Source of the DNA: the human T2T-CHM13v2.0 reference genome, Homo sapiens
DNA length: 64,000 bases
Direction: 5' to 3' (one strand)
NCBI RefSeq assembly: GCF_009914755.1
Contig: NC_060939.1
In this document: in pieces, positions 40,578 through 58,449 of the stretch
Layout of the letters: every line of letters starts with the position of its first letter
Numbering within the stretch: position 1 is the stretch's first letter
The notes under the pieces: model-generated
What the model was told of the DNA's origin: nothing
Databases searched by the model: none
The model's input: the letters and a program-made list of their open reading frames with translations, nothing else
Program-made: the position numbers and the translations under genes

Positions 40578-41260
40578 TAAAGTTCTTATTGTTGTTTATT
40601 GCTGGCCTTCATTCTTTTTGACTGCTTGTGAAATCACCAGAAGATAGACATCCTGAGATCTCTTAAGAACTGCTGCTGGGAGTATACACTGGTATGACCA
40701 CTTTGGAAAACAGTTTGGCTCCATCTCATAAGGTTCAATATTCACACTCCTCCCAGCCCAGTAATTCTACTCTACATGGAAGAGAAATTCTTGCCTATAT
40801 AAAACAGGTGATGTGGACAAGGAATGTTCCTAACAGCTCTGTTCAAAATAGCAAAAACCTATTGCCCATCAACTGGAGAGTAGGTGACTAAATTGTGCTT
40901 TTTATTCCCTTTGATTTCCTGTAGTCTTACGATGCAAGTGGCTTTCCCATGGCTAGCTTGGGGAGGGGGATACTCTTGGCAACTGAGTCTGTGGTGGCAG
41001 TCCTGCTTAGCCCTAGGGCAATCGGTGCTGACCAAAACAAGAGTAAACAGAACAAGGTGCCCCATTGAGCCAATGCCTTGAGTCCCTGGAGGTACAGTCT
41101 TGTATCTGTAGGAAATAGCCATCATACAAATCAGTCTTTTCAAATGCTCTGTCACTGGGCTGAGTCCAAAGGACATTCTCCTTTAAAACATTATAAAGTT
41201 TACTGAGGCTACCATTTATCGAGCAGTTATCATGTGCCTGATCACGTACTAGTGTACTAA

Positions 41261-41549
<289 letters not shown>

Positions 41550-42859
41550 TATTATTGCATTTAATCGTCACCATCACCCTGTGAGAGTGGCTGGGGGTAG
41601 GTGCTCCACTCAGTAGCAACGTAGCAACCTCCACTCATAGGTGACAATGAGACTCAGTGTAGTCAAGCAACTTCTCAAAGGTCACACAGCTGGAGGGTGG
41701 CTGAGCCAGGATGAAGACCTAGGACTCGAAAGCTGGTGCACCAGTAAATGAGAAAATCTCTGGGGGTTCAGGATCGCTTCCTCCCAAGAAATCTTTCTCC
41801 AAAGGTTCTAAAAACAATAACAACAGATCCATCTTTCATAAAGCAAACAAAACTAGCAGCCCCTTCATTTTAGAGGGGGGAGGGGGGATAAAGGTTAGCT
41901 AAGCTCCAGGGCATCCCATTTTAATCCTACACATTTATCAGGCAACTGCCAGCACAGCACCCCAAACCTAAAGAACCATGCACAGCTGTCTCTGTGGGGC
42001 ATGGCGTGTCCACGGACGTAAAGATTTTCCAATGTGTGTTTACAGGCCGGTGGCATCACCCTCAGTCACAGGTTAAACGGCAGCTAGGCCTGGCCTGCTA
42101 GGCACCACCGTGAGAATCTGCTGAGTTTTCCAACTAGTTTATCTGCTGTTTGCAATGAAAGACGCCCTGAAAAGAAGGGGTGTGGGTGGGAAGAGTTCTG
42201 ATTTGAGGTGCCCTGATCCGGCACGATCTCCTTCCCCAGTCACAGGAATCAGAGGACTCCATCTGTAAACACAGCCTCAAGCTCTGTCCCCCAACCCCCT
42301 CTTTCAACCAGGTGCCACCCTCTGCTTCTCTTCCATAGACAGCCTAGGCTGCCAGCATTCCCTTAGGATCTGTGCCCTCGGGCCTAGCTTAATTTTTTCC
42401 TCTCCAAAGAGCCATCTGTAGGGCCAGAAGCCAGCAAAGCCTAACTCATTACTGGACGGCAGTTCCTCTGCCTTTCACTGATTCCTACCTTACCCTGGGG
42501 TTTTACGTTTCTTGTCTCAACACTAACATTTCTCACTCCTCCACAAGTTGAATTGCTCACTCCAGCCAACTGAAGCATGCTCTTCTTGACACAGTTAGCT
42601 CTCGGCACATGGTCGGTGCTAAAAAAAAAATGATCATTATGTCAATTTCATTGATCAACAAAAGTGATGCCTCCACTGCAAAGTCAAGTTGATAGTGCCT
42701 GGGCCTCTGAGTTCAAGAGCCTTCTAGACAAAGCGCTCTGAGCTGAAACATGAGCATGCACACATATGCATCTCTCTCGGTCTCATGAGATAATCTGGAT
42801 ACTTGGTTGTTATCCTTGAGCATTTTCCTACCTCATTAATGCACGTGTAGCCAACACAA

Positions 42860-43130
42860 TAATTATCATAGCTAATAACGGCTAAAGCTGAGGACTTTCC
42901 TGAGCCAGGCAGTGGCTTTAAAAACTTTAATGTTTTCACATAGACTCTCATTGAATAATTTCTGTTTTTCAGATCAAGAAACTGAGACTTACTATCACAT
43001 TTGGGATTAAGTTTAAAAAAAAAAAAAAGAAACTGAGGCTTAAAGTTGTCTAGTATTTCACAGCCAGCAAATGGCAAAGTTGGAAATTGAACCAGGCAGT
43101 AGAGCCCCAGGATCCTGTGCCTTTACCCAT
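42860..43130 (-). mobile_element. MIR relics
   Basis: cagatcaagaaactgagactt and gaaactgaggctt...cacagccagcaaatggc. Confidence 0.6.
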
Positions 43131-43550
43131 TACCTAGTGTTGGCTACACAAAACTAGTGTGTACACAACTTCAACTATAGTTTAAGCTATAGTTTAAGTG
43201 GGTGACATATTTTTCACTACATTTTATGTAGGTGACTTTCAGTTTGGGGGTATTCTACTTATGCAATCTATTGAGGTGGATATTAACTGAGAACAAATAG
43301 AAACTAATGAACTCTGAAAAACATAAAACATGAGCAACATGATGTCACCGCAAAACACAAAACAGCCCACAGCCTTCTTGTGACTGCATTTTGCTGACAG
43401 TCCACGACCTAATAATCAACCTGAACTCAGCAGTGTTCTGTTCCCTTGGGAGACACACACACACACACTCGGGAGAAACACACACACTACAGTTGGTGGT
43501 TGTGCCGCCCTGAGCCTCCAGTAGGCGAGTGTGAGGAATGTAGGGACTAG

Positions 43551-44168
<618 letters not shown>

Positions 44169-44433
44169 GCTGTTGCCCTTTTAAGCTGAGGCTTGACAGG
44201 AGCCGCCCCTCCTGTCGGTGGCGTCGGTCGCAAAGGGAGCAGCCCCCGAGGCCGCCGCGCAGCTCCCCGCCGAGGCCTCGGTGCCCCTTCCCATTTTCCA
44301 TCCGCGCTCCCACGAAGGTTGAGGCGGCGGGGAGAGGCGAAGCCGCGAGCGCTCGGCCGGGCGGTCCCGCCGGGTGGTCGCAGCCATGACAGCGGCTCCC
44401 CTTCCGCGCCCCTCCCGCCGGAGATGAGGGAAG

Positions 44434-44533
44434 ATGTCCCTGTCAGGGTTAAGGCCAAGCTGAAGTTGCTGGCGTCTACCTTCCACAAGAACCAGGAGCC
44501 GCGGCCGCGGCTCACGCTCCACTGCAACAGACG
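44434..44533 (+). pseudogene. UBE2Q2P: UBE2Q2 pseudogene exon 1, frameshifted and internally deleted
   Basis: MSLSGL/fs/[26 protein letters not shown] versus UBE2Q2 [22 protein letters not shown]...PPPLTLHCNIT. Donor gtgggg. Confidence 0.88.
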
Positions 44534-44939
44534 GTGGGGCGCGCGGCGGCGGCCTCGCAGGGCAGGGCGGGGGCGCAGATGGGGGAGTCTCGGGACCAAC
44601 GGCAGCCTAACGGGTAGAGGCCCCGGGTCCCCGCCCCTTCCTCCCTCAGCTGGCCCCGCCCCGCCCCCGGGACTGCGCGAGGCTTGGGTGGGAGGAGGCG
44701 GAGGGCGCGTCTCTCCGGCTCCTGGCGCGGGGCTGACTCGGGGGCCGCTGGCCCCTCTTGGCCGCCGTCGCCACGCACCGAGGTGGGAGCCCGCGGCGGC
44801 CGGAGCCCTCTTGGGACCCATGGTCGCCCTCAGTCAGCGGGACTGCTCCCGGGACCGCGACGGGGCGGGGCGGGGCGCTCCAGCGTTGTTTGAGCCCAGG
44901 CGCGGAAGGGAAAAGGCCTCTGAGATGCTCGCGTGTTTT

Positions 44940-45553
<614 letters not shown>

Positions 45554-45855
45554 CCAAGGCCCTTAAGTTTTAAGGCCTCATTCTTCAGTCAGGTTTTCCC
45601 TGTTCCCGCGTGTTCGGCCAATTTTTTGTTGTTGTTGTTTTGTTTTTGTTTTTGTTTTTGAGTCAATTTTCCAGACATCTTTAATTAGCAATATGTTTAA
45701 GTAGTTACAAGCCTTTCCTTCTTTTCTTGTGACAGTTTGGGTTGAATTTCTATCGTTTGCAGCCTGTCACTGTAAGGCACAAACATGATCACGCAAGATG
45801 CGATAGTAGATTTAAGCCAGTTGTTTTTAAGTTTGTGTTTAAGGAGAAACTAACA

Positions 45856-45987
45856 ATGAAAACGGCCTCGTTGACGGAGGAAAAGTTGGAATGCAGCCTC
45901 TGGTGCTGTTTGAGCGATCCCTCTCCCCGGGGCCTGGCCGCGCGCTGCTGTGTTCTGGAAGGGCTCATTGTACAGTCAAGGCGGCAG
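45856..45987 (+). pseudogene. UBE2Q2P: UBE2Q2 alternative first exon, MKTASLTEEKLECSLWCCLSDPSPRGLAARCCVLEGLIVQSRRQ
   Basis: Resembles the alternative N-terminus of UBE2Q2/UBE2Q2L (recalled). 44 intact codons and a strong cag|gtaaga donor. Confidence 0.8.
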
Positions 45988-46811
45988 GTAAGAGTCCCGT
46001 ACAGGTGTCTGCCCGCTTTTCCTTTCAGGCTTCTGTGTGAGCTGTTTTTCCCCTGTAGGATGCGTCCCTGACCTCCACCCCTTCACCCTACCCAATTTGT
46101 CTTTACATGTCTGACCATCAAGGCTCTCCTGGGTCGTATTCAGTTCATGCTGATATTTTCCCTTCCTCCCCTCTTTGGTCCTCACTGTTTTTGCTTTGGT
46201 CATGTTATGCTATATTCTGTAGGCCTTTTTAATTTTTTTTTTATGGTGGCAGGGGAAAATATTTTATAATTATGCTTTGTGCTTTTTATCTTCCAGTCAG
46301 TAAATGCTTGGTAAATATTTGTTTTATTGAGTATATGACCCTATTCTAGCTATATCGTGCTTGAACAGAAATCTTAACTGCCTTGAAAGTTAACTGCTAA
46401 GAATTTGTCAAAAGTGCAGAGCTACATCAAGAACTTGTCATGGATAGTACAAAAAGGTCTCTAAGGGCTTGAAGGAAGTCTGTAAATTGATTTCATATGA
46501 AAGAGAGCGTAAGAAGTGAAAATGTAAAGCATGACTGGAGAGCCAGAGAGATAAAGCAAGGGTCCCTTTCTCCAGATCCTTTGTAACAGTATTATGTGAT
46601 CTCTTTTAGAAATCACTCTGAAAGCCTCAGTTTGCTTACAGTGATGTTCTCAGTAGCTGTAATTACTGTCTGTCTTTGAAAGCATTTTTTTTAGCTCACA
46701 GGGGTATATGTGCATTTTTATTTAACCAAGTGTTAGAATTTCTACTCTGCTGTTGTGGGCTCTGGGTTAGCTACTTTGGTTGTTTAGTTGTAAAATGATT
46801 AGCAGGGAAAA

Positions 46812-46813
<2 letters not shown>

Positions 46814-46869
<56 letters not shown>
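46814..46869. repeat. (GT)n microsatellite
   Basis: Directly visible. Confidence 0.95.
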
Positions 46870-46872
<3 letters not shown>

Positions 46873-46980
46873 AAGTTTCTTTTGTTGTCAGAGCACTTAG
46901 AATTTTATTTTATATGGTAATTCTGTCAGTTTACTTTATTCTCCACCCCACATTTATTGAACAGCAAAGTATGAAAGTAG

Positions 46981-47328
<348 letters not shown>

Positions 47329-48573
47329 TGAACTTTCAAGAAGAAGTTTGTGTATCAATTTTCAAAAAACTATCATATCAAAAGAGAGCTGTGTCCTACA
47401 TTTGGAAAGATACAAAAACTGAACCTTCTGGCAGGCAGTTTTGCTTGCTGGAGCTTGAGATAGAGCCACACATTGGCCTCAGTGGATTTATGGAGAAAAA
47501 TAGATACAGAAAGTTATTTATAAATAAGACCAAAAAATCCTTTTCTTGAGCAGTGACAGGTAAAGAGGTTGTCTTGGTTAACCTTGAAATGTGTTGCCCT
47601 TGATCAAGACAGTTTTATGGTGGGGATGGTAGTGGAGATAAACTTGTTTGACATTTGTCCACTTATGGTAACCTTTGTGGTGGCTGTCACAGACAACTTC
47701 ATCCTCACAGACCTTAAAATTACTGTAAAACTAATAGAATGGAGGAGAAACAAGGGACCTGAATAATTAGATGCTTAGATAATTGTAATGTGTTTTCATA
47801 ACTGGTGAAAAACAGCAGTGTTAGAAGCACTTAAACATTCTATGTAAGGAACACTGCCTGAATTTATATTGTGATTTTTGAGCACCATTCACTGTTTAAA
47901 AACTGGCATATTGTAGGTCATATTTTAAAGACAAATAGAAAACTTATCTTTTCAAGATTGATATAAAGCTTAACCTTATCAAAATTACAAAATTTAAAAA
48001 ATATGATTGAAAAATATTAATGCATAGGTTTAAATATTGGTCATCATTTTAGATGTCTTTCAAAATAGATTGTCTTTTAAATATTAAACTGAACAAACTT
48101 TGAACATGTTGTAGAGTTTGTGCTGAAGGTTAAGTTTCCTGTGGTGGTGGTGGTGGATATTTTATAATATGGATAACAAAACCTTCTTATTTTAAGAAAT
48201 TTAGAAAATTTTTAGGCAAAACTAGAAAATATTACTGATAATTCTACCACTCAGAAGGTACCACTATCAGAATTTTGTATTTTTTCAGTCATCTGCGCAT
48301 CTCTTTTCTCCTGTGTTTGTATATGTTCCCTCTCCCTTGAAAAATCAGATTTTTCTTGTAATCTGCTTTTTCACTCAACAATATTGTAGATCCGTGTCAT
48401 AACTTACTCCTCTGCAGTGGCTTCAGTTATTGTACACTTTCTGTTAGATGATTATACCATCTAGTCAGTCATGTTTCCTGGTACTGAATACATAGGCTGT
48501 ATGTGTGTGTGTGTGTGTGTGTTTCTACCTTAACTAATGCTTTAGACATCAATAGGTAGAGCTGAATACTTGA

Positions 48574-48993
<420 letters not shown>

Positions 48994-49803
48994 TAAGAAT
49001 GTTAGAAAGTGTGCAATAAAATGGGCAGTCTCACAGTCATGGCACAAAGTATAATTATCTTTGACTTTCTAGAAAGCAGTTTGGCTTTCTAGAAACTTGC
49101 CTAACCTCTCCGCATTTAGGCAAGATGAATTCTGACTACCCCAAGGTGGCCAACCTTGTCCCTGTGATTCCAGATCTCCCAGAAAGAGAGGTTTAGTCTC
49201 AGGGAAAACCCACATTTTCTTGGCTTAGCCCACCTTGACAGCTAATCACTGGAAATCGGGTGGGCTGGTCAGATTTTGTGTCAAGAGAGGGAGGTGGAAA
49301 GATGGGAGGGAGGTAGCAAAACCGGCCTCAGTGGAACTCTGTAAGTTAATATGGAATGGCAAAGGGATGTTTCTTCCAAGGAAGAAGTTCTAGGGAAGGA
49401 AGGTAAGTGGAGGGGAAGGCAGCAGTTCTCAAAGTTTTGGAATCAGGACTCCTTTATACTCTTAAAAATATATTGAGGGCCCAAGGAGCTTTGGTTTATG
49501 TAGGTTATATCTATTGGTATTTATCACTAGAAATTAAATCAGAAATATTTAAACTATTCTTTAAAAGCTCATCACATATTGTTATAAATGCTTTTATGAA
49601 AACATTTCTAAACCCAAAGTAGCACAGTCTTACGTTTTTTGCAAATTTCTTTGATGTTTGGTATGTCGTTTTCATCTGCATTCAATTTATTGTGTGATAT
49701 TTGCTTGAAAAAATGTGAACAATGTCCAATCTCATACAGATAGCCATTTTAGATTATTGTGGAGATATATATATATATATATATATAAAATAATATATAT
49801 ATA

Positions 49804-50006
49804 TTTTTTAGATGGGGTCTTGCTCTGTTGCCCAGGCTGGAATGCAGTGGTGTAATCACAGCTCACTGCAGTCTCAGTCTCTGGGGACTCAGGTGATTCT
49901 CCCACCTCAGCCTCCAGAGTAGTTGGGACTACAGGTGTGTATCACCACACCTGGCTAATTTTTTCTATCTTTTTATAGAGACAAGGTTTTGCCATGTTGC
50001 CTAGGC
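49804..50006 (-). mobile_element. AluJ, partial, with a (TA)n-converted tail
   Basis: Right arm plus part of the left arm. Confidence 0.85.
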
Positions 50007-50569
50007 TTCTTTTTTGATACTCCATCAAAACTTGGTTTTTCTTGAACTTTGGATCTTTTACCCTTGCATGATATTATAACATCGTGCATTGGTCATTTAG
50101 AAAATAATGGTTCACCAAGATCTTCTACGTGTTGATACATTTGATTATATAATATCAAAATACATTCATCAATATCACCATCAATCTCATCAGAATACTT
50201 TTGGAAAGCTATGGTGTATATAAGTTTTCTAAAATTCTAATTTTTTGTTCAAAAGCTTGAATTTTATTATTGAATTTTATTATGGCCTGTCTGTTGTTTT
50301 TCTTGAATTGACAAAATCTCATTTTTTGAGAAAATGTCTCCCAAAAACCCAAGTTGAAATAACATTGTTTGTCAGTCATCCTTTCAAGTAAAAATGGTAT
50401 TCCATTAAAGTGGTTAATTCACTTCACAACTTAGTCACATGAGGGTTTTTTCTCAGGCAGTCTGTAGAAATGCTCATGTGTACTTCCAATTTCATCACTT
50501 GAAATATTAAAAAGATATATTCAAGGATGAAGATGTAGTACAATTTTCACTGCTTCATCATAGACATTC

Positions 50570-50871
<302 letters not shown>

Positions 50872-51484
50872 TAAACCTTTCCTGTGCATAGTGAAGAATA
50901 CCATGACTAGTTTGGTGTTACTGCCTTTGTTTGTGCTGAAGTACCAGCATTTTTACCCACTATTGTATTTGCACCGTTACAGCAAATGTCACCATGTTAG
51001 TATTCACGTTAAAATAGTTTGGACCTGGGCGTCTGAGGGCCCCACTTTGGGAACCGTTGAAATAGGTACTTAAACCTACTATATATCATATCTTGTCATC
51101 TACAAGATTTTTAAAAACATGATTTCAGTTAATTTTTTTTGTAATTTTTACAATATGGTTTTGAGGGGTTTCAGTCCAGAGCAACAACATGTATTTTATT
51201 TAGCTTATGCTGAAGTTTACTAGATAAATACTAACCTAATAGAATGAGGTCCTAAATCTTTTTTTGCAGTTTCTTTAGCCAAAAAAAAAAAAAACCCAAA
51301 ACTAAAAGCATAAAAATGGTCCATAGGGTGTATTCCCAATGTATGCTGAAGAATTTGAAGAAGAAAATGCAATACTCAGTAAGTGGTGTTCTTTATGAAT
51401 AGGATTAATTCTGAAGAGTTTCTTTTAGCCTGTGAAGGGATTTGGGACATAGTAAGAGAGGAATGAGAAGAATGAGAATAGTAA

Positions 51485-51845
<361 letters not shown>

Positions 51846-52059
51846 AACTTGTTTTTCTTAAAAGAACCTTTAGTAAATATTTGGCTTCTGTGGCTTCAGG
51901 TATAATTCAGATTACTGTTTTCAAAGCAGTGTTTCCTAAAGTTGTTTGTGCGAAATTGTTTTTGTGACTTGAATCTAGTTGTTCTGAAGCTAATATATAA
52001 TAATAATGGCTTCCCCCCAATTTATAATAGCAAACAGTACAAAGTAACAGACTATTAGA

Positions 52060-52230
52060 TGAGGGATGGAAGGAGAAGGACAAGGGTTGAAAAAGTATTG
52101 CATGCTATGTTCACCATCTGGTTAATCGATACATTTGTACTCCAAATCTGAGCATCAAGCAGTATCCCATATGCAGTAACAAACCTGCATATGTACCCAC
52201 TAAATCTAAAATAGATTCTGAAAAAAAAGT
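52060..52230 (+). mobile_element. L1PB-type 3' UTR end
   Basis: caagggttgaaaaa...gtaacaaacctgcatatgtacccactaaatctaaaata. Confidence 0.8.
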
Positions 52231-52645
52231 TCATCCATATCAGCAATAATTGAATTGAAGGTGTAAAACTGTAATAAAAATTCAGACACTACAAAGTATC
52301 TTGTAGTTAAGCTACAAAAAAAAAACCCTAAAACCATCTATATAGAAAATTTTAGGAATTGATCTTAAAGGAAATCCAAATAAGTAGAAAATTATCATGT
52401 TCATGAATGTGATAACTTAATATTAAATTACATTATTTTTCCAATAAATCTAATATGATCATTGATTTTAATAAAATATTTGATTCTAAAACGTGCATAG
52501 AATATTTTTAATAAATAACTTGATTAATTTTTAAAAATGCAGAGGGTTGGACTTGCCTTATCAGACATTGGAACTTATTACAAATATATGGGGAAAAATG
52601 TGGTAACTGGTGAAGTTTTAGTTTCCATTAAGAAATACTGGATAT

Positions 52646-53980
<1,335 letters not shown>

Positions 53981-55629
53981 TATATATATATAAAATATAT
54001 ATGTGGTTATTGCAATGTCTTATTGCAATTAATACACAGTGAGAGATTGTGTCTAAGAACTCACATGGTCTTTAATTTGAATAACAACATTGAAATACTA
54101 TATTAGCGTATTTATAAATTAAGAAAAAGTAAATTTTTCATATATGAATTGTTTGTAACACTTTATTGAAATAACACCCACATCAATCCTCATCAGTTCT
54201 GATGCCCACATAATAATTAAAAGCCTCCAGCAGGTCCAATTTCATTCATTCCTAGAACCAATGAGTTTCACTCTAGCAGGCCATGAGTAGCAGTTCTTCA
54301 ACTGACAATGATATCTAGAAAGGGAAAGGTATGTTCTATTTCTTTGTGACTAGTGTCCTAAGTCATGGAGACAGAATCATGGGCTTGGAAGTAACATCAT
54401 CTTCCAGGCTGCTGTGTAACTCACATTCCCAAGGAACAGACTGTCTGGGAAACCCTTTGGTCTCCATCCTTGGGATTTCTTCTTCTCCTCTACATTTGGT
54501 TTCTCTTTCTCTCTTTTTCTAAGTCATTTTTTCTTTTTCCGACCAATGATGTTTGTCCTTTTGTCCTAGGACTGGATCTCATTTATCTTTCTGGGAATAG
54601 CGCCATCTCTAAAGACTCCAAGTTAACCCACTTCATAGCTAATCATTCCAGTCTAGACACTAAATATTGCAGTGTCAGTCAACATTCCCAGGGCCAGATC
54701 TTACCTCACACCTCAGGGTCATAACTCTCTTGACTACATTGGGTTCTGTCCTACTTTTCTCATTCTTGGCCATGTGTATTTTGTCCTATCCTGGGAACAA
54801 GGAGAGGAGGCAAGAGCTTTCTCTTGCATTTCCATGTTAACCTTACTACCACATTCTTCCCAGAAAGCCAGGAAATACAATGCCAATGTTTTCCATTCAG
54901 TTTATATTTCATGTATAATTAACTTTTGTGTTGAACATGAATAAACTGAAAATTTCTTGAAATAGAAACAATTTGATAGAATTTTGTGGGTACAGTACAT
55001 ACAATCCATGTCCAATAAATTACTGACATCTAAACTTGTTATAGATCTTTTGTTCCATCATGTACTAATTCAGTAATTCTATTGCAATAAAACTAACATT
55101 TGTTTGTTATAATTTGTTCTCGGTAAGCCTTTTTCTGTGTTTTGCTTGTGGTTCCATTAGCTTCTAGATGAGCGCTTTTGTATATCTAATTTAGAAGCTT
55201 TACATTAAGAACAGTAAGAGAAAATCCTTTAAACTGTATTTCCACTTAAAGTAAGATTATAATAACATATGCTCCACCACATATAGATGTTCACAAAACA
55301 TAAGCAAGTATGAATATTTTTTCATAACCACTTATGAAGAAATAGCAGGGCTCCTATTACATGTACTGTAACGAATGATAAAGTCATAAACACATACTAT
55401 GCAAAGTAGCAATAGGCAAATCAGAGAGAGAGAGAGAAAGAGAGCACAATGTTGCTTCCAGAAGACACTGAATTTATTGCTACCACTGAAGAAATTTTTG
55501 GAAAGGATGAAGCTTTTTGCTAACGTATACGATAACAACAGCAAAAGGAATAGGACCTGGAATCTTCAGTTGAATCAGTCTATTTATAATCTCGTGTAAG
55601 AGGTAGAGAGAAAACATAGGTCATTGCTT

Positions 55630-56900
55630 TCTCATCATTCATTAATTCACTCACTCATTCAAAACACAAATAGATGCATGCTCTGCTAGACACTGTAGAT
55701 ACAAATGGTTACAACAATCTCTCAAGTTTCTCAAAGCCAGTGGGGGAAATAGGCATATAAACAACAAATATCATGCACTGTCATATTGGACACTTGAAGA
55801 CTGCCTATTGGACTGTGGGACTACAATATAAGATACTGTCAATTTGTCCTAAGAAGGTCACTCACGGGGGAGTGAAAACTGAATTCCGCCACAAAGGAAT
55901 AGTCAAATTTTCCAGGCCAGTAGGGAAAATGCTATTCCAGATGGCAGGAACATTGTGAGCAAAGTTAAGGATCAAGGAAAAAATATAAGTATGAAGAGAT
56001 GAAAGTAGAGGCACGTTGTTCAGTACAAGGGTGGAGTATTTGGTGGAGAGAAATGAGAATTAGGGAGAGACAGACAGGGTCAGATAAAAAATGGTCATGG
56101 TCCACATAAAACTAAAGAGTTTAGAATTTATCATGAGACAAATAGGTGTCATTCAAAGATATTATAAGGTACAACATGATGAGATTTGCACTTCAGAACC
56201 GCAGCCCTGATAGTGGTTTAGAGGCTGGATTACAGGTGGGGATGGAGGAGCTGTGGTGGAGGCCAGGGTAGGAGAGAAAGGAGTGTGAGGAGTGGTGGGG
56301 TGAGTGGGGTGGGGATGGATTTCCTAAAAAGGTGATAGAGGAAGAGAGATTGGGTTGGGACATTCAGAGGTGAGAACAGAAGGAAAAAAAAAAAAAACAG
56401 ATCTAAAAGGAAAGAGAAGTGATAGGCCTGTGTACCAGTTTGAATAACAATACTACAACTGTTTATCGAGAGCTCATGATGTACCAAACATGATATTTTA
56501 ATCCTCACTACAATTAATTTTGTAAATTTTTTTATTTTTACTTTTATCAGTTGATATTCAGAGGAGTTAAATCGCTTACTGAAGGCCATGCCAATTTTAA
56601 GTGAAGGGATGAGGTTAAAACTAAATGCTACTAGATACAGAGCTGATGTCCTCTCAACTACATTCTTTGGCCCTCTTAACTGGATCAGCAACAGGGGAGA
56701 GGGCGGAGACTAGAATAGCTCTTCACAGTTCTCTGGATCTGCTTGGATACTGTCCAGTTTGGAGGAAGAAGATGAATTAAATGGAGATATCTGAGGGATA
56801 TTCAGGTGCAAAAGATAAATACGCAGTTGGATACATGGGTCTGAAGAAGGTTCCTGGTGACACTGGTTGGTAGATAGACTGAGAGCTGAAATTCACCTGC
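55630..56900 (-). mobile_element. L2 relics with an embedded MIR (about 56440-56680)
   Basis: (attc)n L2 tail at about 55635, purine-rich antisense L2 body, MIR motifs. Confidence 0.55.
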
Positions 56901-58449
56901 AGTAATTGTTACTCTGTGTCTTCCTGTTGAATTTATGAGTCAGATCAATATATATTTTCCTCTACCTTTTAAAGTTAGAATTTACAATACCTACCTAATA
57001 GTTACTTCCTGCAGAGTAAAAATATTTTGTATTAGTTTTTCATTGGTTGTATTATTTATTAATGATATCCTCAACAAATATGTGTTCATTAACCATTGGG
57101 TGCATTGTGCAAATTACACCACACTATTTGATGGAAAGAATGAGGTCTCTTCTTGCTAAATAGTTCTAGTCATCTCCCTTTTATAGTTTCCTTTACTTTG
57201 TCTTTAGAGCAATTTATTTTTCTATTCATTATTCATCTTATTACATGTTCTTTTTGGTTCACTTTCTCTAATCCTGTTTTGCAGGAGAAATATTATAAAT
57301 AAAAACATCTGTATATAACTATAAAGCTTACACTCTCATAGCTCGCACAGAGTTTTTGCAAAAGCAAAAAGATAAAACTTTAGCTCTTTGTAGGTATGAT
57401 TTTTGAGTTGAGATGGCAGGAAAATTTAGTGAGATTTTGATATAAGAGTAACAAAAGGGAGCCTCTAGGGACAAAGCAGATAATACATTGAGAGTGAACA
57501 GAAATTATTTCTCAGCCTGGCTCTGCCATGGCAGTTCTTGTCCCTTCCCTATAATTAATTATTTTCTGGTTTAACTGAGAAAACATGAGACAATCTCAAA
57601 TTTCCTCAGAGCTAGATTACAATATTCCATTTTATCAGCCCTAGAACAACATGAACAGAAGCTTTAGTGGTAGTGTTATAGTCTATGCTGAGGTTTGTTA
57701 GCAGTGCATCATTACCTAAGAGATCGCTGCTTAGTTCAGCCAGTTAACTGGAGCTCACCAAAATGTTCTGCTCTTGAAAGAGAAATCGGGGGAGAAAGGG
57801 TGGGCAGAGAGAGAGAGCAAGACAGAGCTCCTTCACAGAGCAATTCATGTAAATGCATTGTCCAATGGCCCTGAGATCCATTAATTAAATTAATTAGACT
57901 TCATAGCATTTGCTGATGAAACATGATGAAAAAAGTTGGAAGAGAATAGGAAACACATACACTGCAGCATCTGGTTTTGCCAGAGTTGGGCCCTTGAGAA
58001 TTATTAAGTGATAGTTTGACATAATTCAGAATTAATAAAATCTGTCTGCCCCCTGAAAGTGTGCATTTTCATAATTTAAGTAATGCATGCTAATTAGCTT
58101 AGATCAAAATGTGAGCTCCATTGTTGCCTACAAGTTAGCATGACTTCATGACTGGTGATATAATAGTATCATCACCCCAGGGAAGGATATTTCTGTGAAA
58201 TTAAGTAGTATAGTTCTATCTGAAAAATCCTGCTAATAAATACAGGCCTTATTTTGATATTTTGGAATTTTATAGGGAATTAAATACAATACAATAATGC
58301 ATCCTACTGAGGTCAGACAGCTGAGAAAAACAGGTCAGTCAAATCCTCATTCCTGTGAAATTTACCAGTGGGCTTTTAAAATGGCCAAACGTTAAAGTAT
58401 CTAGCATGATGCTTGAAATATAATCTGTGGAAATACACTAAACTAAAAT

